A stretch of DNA of 13,998 nucleotides, taken from NCBI GenBank assembly GCA_046726415.1, contig JBKPAK010000151.1, positions 1-13,998 of the forward strand, read 5' to 3'. A program made the translations under genes and the position numbers. Shown here in pieces: positions 7,247 through 13,998 of the stretch. The stretch is from Candidatus Methylomirabilota bacterium. Its GTDB lineage: Bacteria > Methylomirabilota > Methylomirabilia > Rokubacteriales > CSP1-6. The notes below the pieces were generated by a model that worked only from the letters and a program-made list of their open reading frames with translations, did no database searches and was not told the DNA's origin. Within the stretch, counting starts at the first letter, position 1, and each line of letters starts with the position of its first letter.

Positions 7247-8176
7247 ATGAGCGTACCCCTAACCTTCTCCGGTGTGATGCCCGCGAATATCCTGCCGTTC
7301 CTGGCCGACCTTTCCATCGACGAACCGGCGTACCGCAGGCACCTGCGCTGGCTCGCTGACACGCGCGGCGTGACGGGCATCGTGGCCAACGGTCACGCCG
7401 CGGAAGTCTCCTCCCTGACCCGCGAGGAACGCAGGCGCGCGCTGGCCATTGCGCTCGACCAGGTCGCCGGCGCTTGTCCGGTGGTGGCGGGCGTGTACTC
7501 CGACGGCACGCGGGAAGCGGTCGAGTTTGCGCGCGAGGCGAAGGTGGAGGGGGCGGCCGGCGTCCTCGTCTTTCCGCCCACGCTGTTCATGTGGGGTGCC
7601 CAAAACAAGCCCGACATGGTCATGCGCCACTTCTCGGAGATCGCGGCCGGGGCGGACCTTCCCATCATCGTCTTCGAGTATCCTCCGGCCTCGGGAATCG
7701 GCTACGCGCCGGAGACGCTGGCTCGGCTGACCGAGATCCCGCAGGTGGCCGGCGTGAAGGACTGGTCCAACGACATCGTGGCCTTCGAGCGGAATCTGCG
7801 CGCCCTCCGCGCCACCGGGCGCCCGGTGGCCATGCTGTCGTCGTTCACCATGTCGCTGATGTCGACGTTCCTGCTGGGTGCCGATGGAGCCATCTCGGGG
7901 ATGGGCAGCGTGACCGCCGACCTACAGGGGGAATTGTTCGACTTGTGTCAGAAGGGCGATGTGGACGGCGCTCGGCGAGTGAACGACCGTCTGGATCACC
8001 TGGTCCGCGTCTTCTACGCCCCACCATTCGTCGACATGCACAATCGCATGAAGGAAGCGCTGGTCATCCTGGGCCGCATTCCGGCAGCCCATGTCCGCCC
8101 TCCGCTCACGCCCGTGAGCGACGCCGAGCGCGACGCGATCCGGGACGCCCTGCGGGCCGCCGGCCTCTCCCGATAG
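7247..8176 (+). CDS. DHDPS/N-acetylneuraminate-lyase superfamily enzyme (class I aldolase fold), non-canonical
   Basis: GAGGAG SD at 7235-7240; GVMPANILPF...SID, NGHAAEVSSLTREER, PVVAGV, GAAGVLVFPP, DLPIIVF, AGVKDWS (Schiff-base Lys171), LGADGAISG, KEAL..LG, VRPPL. Confidence 0.92.
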   Translation: MSVPLTFSGVMPANILPFLADLSIDEPAYRRHLRWLADTRGVTGIVANGHAAEVSSLTREERRRALAIALDQVAGACPVVAGVYSDGTREAVEFAREAKVEGAAGVLVFPPTLFMWGAQNKPDMVMRHFSEIAAGADLPIIVFEYPPASGIGYAPETLARLTEIPQVAGVKDWSNDIVAFERNLRALRATGRPVAMLSSFTMSLMSTFLLGADGAISGMGSVTADLQGELFDLCQKGDVDGARRVNDRLDHLVRVFYAPPFVDMHNRMKEALVILGRIPAAHVRPPLTPVSDAERDAIRDALRAAGLSR

Positions 8177-8239
8177 CCTCTCTCGGCGCGGGCGGACCCC
8201 CGTGGGTCCGCGCCAGGCACCGGCCGAAGGGGCACGGCG

Positions 8240-8286
8240 CCGTGGGCAACGACCCCGGCATCGTTGCCAGGGCCACGGTCTCTTCT
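8240..8286 (+). terminator. Candidate intrinsic terminator after the enzyme operon
   Basis: GGCAACGA (8245-8252) pairs with TCGTTGCC (8261-8268), extended by CCGTG/CACGG (8240-8244, 8274-8278), then TCTCTTCT (8279-8286). A second perfect stem GCGGACCC/GGGTCCGC lies at 8192-8211. The U-tract is weak. Confidence 0.4.
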
Positions 8287-8346
8287 GACAATCTCCCTGT
8301 CCCGCCGTCGGCTCTCAGTTTGAGGTGGCCGCGAAAAACAACTCGA

Positions 8347-8375
8347 TTGCAATGCCCGGCGCCAGCGAGTATAAG
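8347..8375 (+). promoter_or_regulatory. Sigma70-type promoter candidate for the ABC transporter operon
   Basis: TTGCAA (8347-8352), 17-nt spacer, TATAAG (8370-8375), preceded by an A-rich tract (GAAAAACAA) in otherwise GC-rich DNA. Confidence 0.6.
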
Positions 8376-8475
8376 GGGGCCACAGCCGAGCCGGTTTCCC
8401 AGGGCACGTTCCCCGAGGCGCGAGGCCGAGGCGCGTCAACGAACAGATAGGAACTTCGCCGAAAGGAGGCCTGAC

Positions 8476-9774
8476 ATGCGTCGGTTCCTACCTTTGGGTT
8501 TTTTGTCCTGCTTGCTAGCGGTCGGAACTCTGGCCTTCATGCTGACTGCCCCTGTCCCGGTGGCCTCCCAGGCCCGACCCGCAGGGGCCCCGACCGAACT
8601 GAAGGTCGGGTTCGTCGATTTCCTCTCCGGCCCGGCGGTCCTCTTTGGCGCCTCCGGAAAAAACACCGCGGAGTGGATGGTCGACAAGTGGAACAAGGAG
8701 GGCGGCATCCGGGGCGTTAAGGTAAGGCTCGTGATCGTGGACGAGGCCGGTGGCCCGGACAAGCAGGTCACCGAGTTTCGGCGTCTGGCCCTCGACGAGA
8801 AGGTGGACACCGTCGTCGGCTTCACCTCGAGCGCCACCTGCCTCGCCGTGGCGCCGGTGGCCGAGGAACTGAAAGTACTCACCGTCGTCCATATCTGCGG
8901 GACTCGCCGTTTGACCGAGGAGCGACCGCTGAAGTACGTCTTCAGAACCTCCAATCATCAAGCGGCAGACAGCGTGATGCTAGCCCGGTATGTCCTCGCG
9001 GTGAAGCCGGACGTGAGAACCATCGCCGGCGCGAACGAGGACTACGCCTGGGGCCGGGACTCCTGGGATGACTTCAAGGGGTCGATGCTCCGGCTCAAGC
9101 CGGACGTAAAGGTCGTGGCGGAACTCTGGACGAAGATCCAGGCCGGGGAGTATTCGGCGGAGATCTCGAAGCTTCTGGTGGCGAAGCCCGACGTGGTCCA
9201 CAGCACCTTCTGGGCGGCTGGGCTGATCACGTTCATCAAGCAGGGCGCGCCCCGGGGGCTGTTCAAGGACAGCCTCGTGACCTTGAGCGTGGCTGAACAG
9301 TCACTCCAGGATCTCAAGAAGGAGATGCCCGACGGTGTGATCGTCGCTCCGAGAGCGACGCCGGGCTACTTCCTCTTTCCGGACCCGGCAAAGAATCCCC
9401 TCCAGAAGGAATTCGTCGAGGGAATCAAAGCGCGCTACGGACGCTATCCCGAGTACGCGTATCACCGCACGTACCAGGCGTTCGCGGGGCTTAAGGCCGC
9501 CTACGAGAAGGCCATCGACCAAAGCGGCGGCAAATGGCCGAAGACCGAGGACGTCACCAAGGCCTTTGAAGGGCTGACCTGGCCAACGCCGTACGGAACC
9601 ATCACCATGCGAGCCGATCACCAGGCCGTCCACGGGGGGTTGGTCGGGCTGACCAAGTTCAATCCTCAGTACGGCTTCCCCACGATGGATCGAGTGGCGA
9701 CGTTCCGGGCGGAGGAGATCATGCCCCCCGTTGGGGTGAAGAGTCCTGACTGGATCGCCCAGCTCCCGAAGTAG
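8476..9774 (+). CDS. HAAT/Liv-type ABC transporter substrate-binding protein
   Basis: AGGAGG SD at 8464-8469 before ATG 8476; signal peptide MRRFLPLGFLSCLLAVGTLAFML...; LKVGFVDFLSGP, NKEGGIRG, VVGFTSSA, YVFRT, DYAWG, TPYG.ITMRADHQ typical of type I periplasmic binding proteins. 432 aa. Confidence 0.93.
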   Translation: MRRFLPLGFLSCLLAVGTLAFMLTAPVPVASQARPAGAPTELKVGFVDFLSGPAVLFGASGKNTAEWMVDKWNKEGGIRGVKVRLVIVDEAGGPDKQVTEFRRLALDEKVDTVVGFTSSATCLAVAPVAEELKVLTVVHICGTRRLTEERPLKYVFRTSNHQAADSVMLARYVLAVKPDVRTIAGANEDYAWGRDSWDDFKGSMLRLKPDVKVVAELWTKIQAGEYSAEISKLLVAKPDVVHSTFWAAGLITFIKQGAPRGLFKDSLVTLSVAEQSLQDLKKEMPDGVIVAPRATPGYFLFPDPAKNPLQKEFVEGIKARYGRYPEYAYHRTYQAFAGLKAAYEKAIDQSGGKWPKTEDVTKAFEGLTWPTPYGTITMRADHQAVHGGLVGLTKFNPQYGFPTMDRVATFRAEEIMPPVGVKSPDWIAQLPK

Positions 9775-9795
9775 CTTTCCCGCGCAATTCAAGGC

Positions 9796-9834
9796 ACGAG
9801 GGGCGGGAGGGTTGAGTTCCCTCCCCTCCCTCGT
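9796..9834 (+). promoter_or_regulatory. Intercistronic stem-loop after the binding-protein gene (mRNA stabiliser or partial terminator)
   Basis: ACGAGGG-GC-GGGAGGG (9796-9811) pairs with CCCTCCC-CT-CCCTCGT (9819-9834) around loop TTGAGTT; no U-tract. This position is typical for ABC operons. Confidence 0.65.
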
Positions 9835-9856
9835 CCCGCTCTAGCCGAGGCGTCGC

Positions 9857-10753
9857 ATGCGCCTTCTCACCACGATCGCCATGGACGGGACGGTATTTGC
9901 GGCCATCCTCTTTCTTATCTCGGTGGGCTTGACCCTGGTCTTTGGCGTGCTTCGCATCCTCAACGTGGCCCATGGCGGCCTCTACGCCTTCGGGGCCTTC
10001 ACGGCCACCACGTCGGCTTTGCTGCTCCTGAACCTGGGGGCGAATCCTTACCTCACCTACCTGATGCTCCTGCTGGCACCCGTGATCGTGGGCGTCATCG
10101 CTGGTCCCCTCATCGAGCGCGTCTTCCTGCAGCGGGTGTACGGCCGCGCCGAGGCGATCCAACTCCTGCTCACGTTTTCGATCTTCCTGATCCTGGACGA
10201 CCTGATCAAGCTCATCTGGGGGACCAAGCCGCTGTTCGTGAGCGAGCCCTACACACTCCTCGGGGAGTTTTCCCTTTCGGGCATTCGTTACTCCTGGTAC
10301 CAGGTGATGCTGATCGCCGTGGCCATCCTCTTCGGGGGAGTGCTGGTCTGGGCCGTGCGGGGCACCCGCATTGGCAAGATCGCCGTCTCGGTGATCAACG
10401 ACCGCGAGATCAGTCAGGCCATCGGCATCAACGTGAACCGTGTGTATATGGGTGCGTTTACCCTGGGTGCCTTCTGCGCCGCCCTGGGAGGGGCCCTCAT
10501 CGCGCCGACCATCGCCGTGGCGCCGGGCTTCGCCGTGGACGCCACGGTGCTGGCGTTCGCCGTGATCGCCATCGGAGGCATGGGAAACCTGGAAGGTGCC
10601 GCTCTGGGCGCGCTGATGGTGGGATTGCTCCGAGCGCTGGCTGTGCACCTCCTGCCGGAGGCCGACCTGGTGGTGATCTACCTGGCGATGATCGTGGTGC
10701 TGGTGATCCGGCCGCAGGGGCTCTTCGGTCAAGTGGAGCTGCGAAGGATTTGA
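9857..10753 (+). CDS. Branched-chain amino acid-type ABC permease (LivH-like)
   Basis: LISVGLTLVFGVLRILNVAHG, LIERVFL, LLLTF, TRIGK...DREI..AIGINV, AALGGAL, AVIAIGGMGNLEGA, IRPQGLFG; multiple hydrophobic segments. Confidence 0.94.
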   Translation: MRLLTTIAMDGTVFAAILFLISVGLTLVFGVLRILNVAHGGLYAFGAFTATTSALLLLNLGANPYLTYLMLLLAPVIVGVIAGPLIERVFLQRVYGRAEAIQLLLTFSIFLILDDLIKLIWGTKPLFVSEPYTLLGEFSLSGIRYSWYQVMLIAVAILFGGVLVWAVRGTRIGKIAVSVINDREISQAIGINVNRVYMGAFTLGAFCAALGGALIAPTIAVAPGFAVDATVLAFAVIAIGGMGNLEGAALGALMVGLLRALAVHLLPEADLVVIYLAMIVVLVIRPQGLFGQVELRRI

Positions 10754-11706
10754 TGCTGGCCCCCACGGTCGGTGTAGCGCTGCTCCTCGTTGTGCCTCTC
10801 ATCCTGCCCGACTGGATGAAGTTCATCGTCACGCTCGCCATGGCCAAATTCGTGGCCGTGTTGGCAGTGGCGCTCTTCCTCAGAGCCAACCTGGTGACCT
10901 TTGGCCACGCCATGTTCTATGCAGTGGGCGCCTACGCGGTCGGCTTCAGCGTCAAGTGGTTTCGCTTCGATGACATGGTGATACTGCTCCCGCTCGGGGC
11001 TCTGCTGGGGGCCGGCGTGGCCGCCCTTGTCGGCCTGGTCATCGCCCGATACCGGGAAGTCTTCTTCGCCATGCTCAACCTGGCCTTCTCCATGATGCTC
11101 TACGGCGTTCTCCTCAAGCTCTATTGGCTCACCGGCGGGACGGACGGACTCGGCGTGGGAGTACCCAAGTTTCTGGGGTACACGCCGCCGAGGGAATTTC
11201 TGAGAGACGTTCTGTACTACACGACGCTTGGTGTGGTGGGGATTGTCATTTACGCGGTCTATCGTTTCCTGGCCTCCCCGCTCGGATTCTATCTCCGGGC
11301 CTTTGCCGACAACGAGATCCGCATCGAATACTCAGGCGAATCGGTGCGACGCATCCTCTACGTCACCTACATCCTTTCGGGTGCGCTCGCCGGGCTGGCT
11401 GGGGTCCTGGCCGCCTTCACCGTCGGGCACATCGTGCCGGAGTATTCCTTCTGGATCCAGTCCGGCGACTTCGTCTTCGTCGCGCTTCTCGGAGGGTACG
11501 GGAGCGTGGTCGGTCCCCTGATCGGCTCCATCGCCTTCGAGTTCATCCGCACCTACGCCTCCAAGTACTTTCCCAACGAATGGCAGATGACCCTCGGCAT
11601 CATCATGCTCGCGATCATCCTCTTCCGCCCCGGGGGACTCTGGGCCATCTACGAGGCCCTGGCCGCCCGCATCAGAAGGCGGCCGAGCGAGGGGCAGCGT
11701 GCCTGA
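10753..11706 (+). CDS. Branched-chain amino acid-type ABC permease (LivM-like)
   Basis: TGATG overlap with the upstream gene; LVTFGHAMFYAVGAY, FFAMLNLAF, LTGGTDGL, SPLG..LRA..DNE.R, LLGGYGSVVGP, FRPGGL. Confidence 0.94.
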   Translation: MLAPTVGVALLLVVPLILPDWMKFIVTLAMAKFVAVLAVALFLRANLVTFGHAMFYAVGAYAVGFSVKWFRFDDMVILLPLGALLGAGVAALVGLVIARYREVFFAMLNLAFSMMLYGVLLKLYWLTGGTDGLGVGVPKFLGYTPPREFLRDVLYYTTLGVVGIVIYAVYRFLASPLGFYLRAFADNEIRIEYSGESVRRILYVTYILSGALAGLAGVLAAFTVGHIVPEYSFWIQSGDFVFVALLGGYGSVVGPLIGSIAFEFIRTYASKYFPNEWQMTLGIIMLAIILFRPGGLWAIYEALAARIRRRPSEGQRA

Positions 11707-12451
11707 CGCATCGATCCTGAGAACGGTCGATCTAACCAAGTCCTTCGGGATGGTGACGGCGGCCGATCGGATCAATCTAGAGATCGGCGCGGGCGAGTTG
11801 GTCGGAATCGTGGGAGCCAACGGGTCGGGGAAGACCACGTTCCTAAACCTGATCACGGGCTATCTGACGCCCGAAGGGGGCCGCATCTTTCTGATGGGGG
11901 AAGATCGCACCGGGTTGCCACCCCGCGTGATCACCCGGCTCGGAATCGCCCGTTCGTTCCAGATCCCTCAGCTCTACACCAATCTGAGCGTTCTAGAGAG
12001 CCTCCTGCTCTCCCTGGCGGCCCAGGCCGGCAAGGGGGCCGGCTTCTGGCGACCGCTCTACCGGCAACCGTGGATGGAGGAAGGCCTGGAAACCCTCACG
12101 CGATTCGGCCTGGAGACCAATGCCCACCGGCCGGTCAGCGAGTTGCCGGAGGGCGGCCGGAAGCTGCTCGACATCGCTCTGTCCTTTGCCCTCAAGCCGA
12201 AGCTTCTCCTGATGGACGAGCCCACAAGCGGCGTCAGCATCAAGGACAAGTTCCAGATCATGGACACCCTCATTGCGGTCGTGCAGGAGAGCCGTCTCAC
12301 GACGATCTTCGTCGAGCACGACATGGAGGTGGTGCAGCGCTATGGTCGGCGGGTGCTGGCCTTCAACGACGGCCGGGTGATCGCTGATGGGAGACCGGAG
12401 GCGGTGCTGGCTGATCCGGACGTCCGGAAGGCCGTTCTGGGTCGGGTGTAG
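11699..12451 (+). CDS. ABC ATP-binding protein (LivG-like)
   Basis: Walker A GANGSGKTT, GIARSFQIPQL, LPEGGRKLLDIA, Walker B LLLMDEPTSG, VEHDM, DPDVRKAVLG. Confidence 0.95.
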   Translation: MPDASILRTVDLTKSFGMVTAADRINLEIGAGELVGIVGANGSGKTTFLNLITGYLTPEGGRIFLMGEDRTGLPPRVITRLGIARSFQIPQLYTNLSVLESLLLSLAAQAGKGAGFWRPLYRQPWMEEGLETLTRFGLETNAHRPVSELPEGGRKLLDIALSFALKPKLLLMDEPTSGVSIKDKFQIMDTLIAVVQESRLTTIFVEHDMEVVQRYGRRVLAFNDGRVIADGRPEAVLADPDVRKAVLGRV

Positions 12452-12453
12452 CG

Positions 12454-13104
12454 ATGCTCACCGTCGAGAAACTCTGCGTCAGCATCAAGGGATTCCCCAT
12501 TCTCCGCGGGGTGACCATGGAGATCCCGGAAGGAGGCCTGGTCGGTCTGGTGGGCCGAAATGGCGCCGGGAAGACGACCACCCTCAAGGGCATCCTGGGT
12601 TTGGTGCCGGTGACGGGCGGACGCATCGCGCTGGATGGGAGGGATCTCGTGCAGGTACCCGCGCACAAGCGCGCCCCGCTGGGGATCGGCTACATGCCCG
12701 AGGATCGACGGCTCATCGGCGCCTTGACCGTCGAGGACAACATCCTGATGCCGGCGTGGGCCACGGGGCGCACGGACGATCGCCAGCGGCTCCGATACAT
12801 CTACGAGATCATGCCCGACGTGCCGCCGCTGGCCCGACGGCGAGCGTCAACGCTCTCCGGTGGCCAGCAGAAGATGGCGGCGCTGGCTCGGGCGGTGATG
12901 ACAGGCACGAAGGTCTTGCTCCTGGATGAGGCCTTCGAGGGGCTCTCCCCCGCCACCGGTGAAAAGTTCACCGGAAGCATCCTGGCGCTCCAGCGGGAGG
13001 GGCTGGCCATCCTCATCGCCGAATCGGACGACAAGCGTCTCAGCTTCGTGAAGCGCATCTACACCATCGAGCGCGGCGAGATCGCGGCCTCGACTGAGGC
13101 GTGA
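12454..13104 (+). CDS. ABC ATP-binding protein (LivF-like)
   Basis: Walker A GRNGAGKTT, GIGYMPEDRR, LTVEDN, signature LSGGQQKM, Walker B LLLDEAFEGLSP. Confidence 0.94.
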   Translation: MLTVEKLCVSIKGFPILRGVTMEIPEGGLVGLVGRNGAGKTTTLKGILGLVPVTGGRIALDGRDLVQVPAHKRAPLGIGYMPEDRRLIGALTVEDNILMPAWATGRTDDRQRLRYIYEIMPDVPPLARRRASTLSGGQQKMAALARAVMTGTKVLLLDEAFEGLSPATGEKFTGSILALQREGLAILIAESDDKRLSFVKRIYTIERGEIAASTEA

Positions 13105-13610
13105 GAGTGCTGTGGGGCCGGATCGTCGCGCTTGCGGCGGCGCTGGCGACGCCGGCGTTCGCCCTCGACACGCCTAACGAACGGATCACGCTGGTGGGGC
13201 TGACCGGCGTCCACGTGGTCGTCTACGACATAGGCGGAGAGGGAGAACGAGCCGGGCTCGGGCCATCGAGCCTCCAGGCGGAACTGGAGCAACGGCTCAG
13301 AAAGGCCGGGCTCCGCGCCCTCGGCGCGCGCGAGGCGCTCAAATCCTCGAGCCGGCCAACTCTCGAGCTCCGGCTGAAACTGGTGCGCTCCCACGAGGCA
13401 CCCCCGCTCTACATCTACAGCGTTGATCTGGCACTGCGGCAGCAGATCCAGCTCGCGCGGGACCGAAAGATCGATTCGTTCGCCATCACGTGGAGCGATC
13501 CCCCGGAGGTGGGCGCGGTCGGGCCTGCGCGCGTGTCCGTCGTCCGCGATGCGATCCGTGCCAAGGTGGAGCAGTTCCTCTCGGCGTGGCAGGCCGCCAA
13601 CCCGGATTGA
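13101..13610 (+). CDS. Hypothetical secreted protein
   Basis: GTGA overlap with the LivF-like stop; Sec signal peptide MRVLWGRIVALAAALATPAFA-LD (AxA site); natural-looking alpha/beta sequence and GC3 bias. No named domain recognised. Confidence 0.8.
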   Translation: MRVLWGRIVALAAALATPAFALDTPNERITLVGLTGVHVVVYDIGGEGERAGLGPSSLQAELEQRLRKAGLRALGAREALKSSSRPTLELRLKLVRSHEAPPLYIYSVDLALRQQIQLARDRKIDSFAITWSDPPEVGAVGPARVSVVRDAIRAKVEQFLSAWQAANPD

Positions 13611-13794
13611 CAAGAAGTGCGACATGGCAGGCCAGTTCTCTCTCCATACTGTTCACCTCCGACTGGTTCGTCCTCGCCCGTCGAACGCTAGCCGAGGCGA
13701 GGCGGCCCGGCCGAGCGCCCTCGCTCGCTGCAACCTCCGTCGCCTCCCGAGCGTTTCTCGGGGCAGGACGCGCACGTCGTTGGGGGGCGATGTC

Positions 13795-13823
13795 TTGCAC
13801 GTCTTGGCCTTTTCGTGTAGATA
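13795..13823 (+). promoter_or_regulatory. Weak sigma70-type promoter candidate for the gene at 13887
   Basis: TTGCAC (13795-13800), 17-nt spacer, TAGATA (13818-13823) in a locally AT-richer patch; the -10 lacks the final T. Confidence 0.4.
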
Positions 13824-13886
13824 GGAGCAGCCTTTTCCCCGTTCGTTCCGTGCCCGGAGCGCGGGCGCCTTCAAGGAGGAAGATCG

Positions 13887-13998
13887 ATGGCAGAGCTTTG
13901 GCAGTTGGAACCCTGGGCCCAGGATATGTGGTGGAGCGGGAAGACCACCCGCCGAACGTTCCTCGGCCTCTCGGCGACGGCGGCCGGCGCCCTTGGAG
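13887..13998 (+). CDS. 5' fragment of a Tat-exported protein, possibly another ABC substrate-binding protein (runs off the window)
   Basis: Strong SD AAGGAGG at 13873-13879; my translation MAELWQLEPWAQDMWWSGKTTRRTFLGLSATAAGALG has the twin-arginine motif T-R-R-T-F-L followed by a hydrophobic stretch. Not in the supplied ORF track. Confidence 0.8.
   Translation, partial: MAELWQLEPWAQDMWWSGKTTRRTFLGLSATAAGALG

Noticed and set aside
2651-8176. Assigning cysK, gctAB/catIJ, rutAB, pncA or dapA symbols
   Set aside because: Family membership is clear, but motif changes and context do not support those specific functions.
7474-8475. 766-aa ORF 7474-9774 as one large protein
   Set aside because: The first 334 codons are an off-frame overlap of the DHDPS-like gene plus intergenic DNA; the binding protein starts at ATG 8476 with a strong SD and signal peptide.
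13607-13640. Perfect TTGACA at 13607-13612 as a promoter
   Set aside because: No credible -10 hexamer 16-18 nt downstream; it overlaps the stop codon of the preceding gene.
59-13874. Numerous minus-strand and alternate-frame ORFs (for example 3772-4620, 9719-10732, 2614-3654)
   Set aside because: Shadow ORFs expected in high-GC DNA; Arg/Pro/Gly-rich, no recognisable motifs, and mostly overlapping well-supported + strand genes.

Overview
High-GC bacterial chromosomal window with every credible gene on the + strand. The gene content and a G6CC/GGC6 palindrome resemble Candidatus Rokubacteria (Methylomirabilota); this is my recollection and is not verifiable here. Layout: (1) housekeeping block trmD-rplS-rnhB-yraN (85-2455). 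(2) A tightly coupled six-enzyme operon of unknown substrate (2651-8176): divergent PLP cysteine-synthase-like enzyme, family I CoA-transferase A and B, luciferase-like (LLM) oxidoreductase, isochorismatase-family Cys hydrolase, and a DHDPS/NAL-fold enzyme with a rewired active site. (3) A five-gene HAAT/Liv-type ABC importer plus a coupled secreted hypothetical protein (8476-13610). (4) The 5' end of a Tat-exported protein (13887 to window end) missing from the ORF track. The most unusual items are the enzyme operon and a 155-bp insert between the CoA-transferase subunits, built from a 66-bp tandem repeat and encoding a 52-aa Pro/Arg-rich ORF with ATGA overlaps at both ends. No rRNA, tRNA, CRISPR array or transposase was seen.
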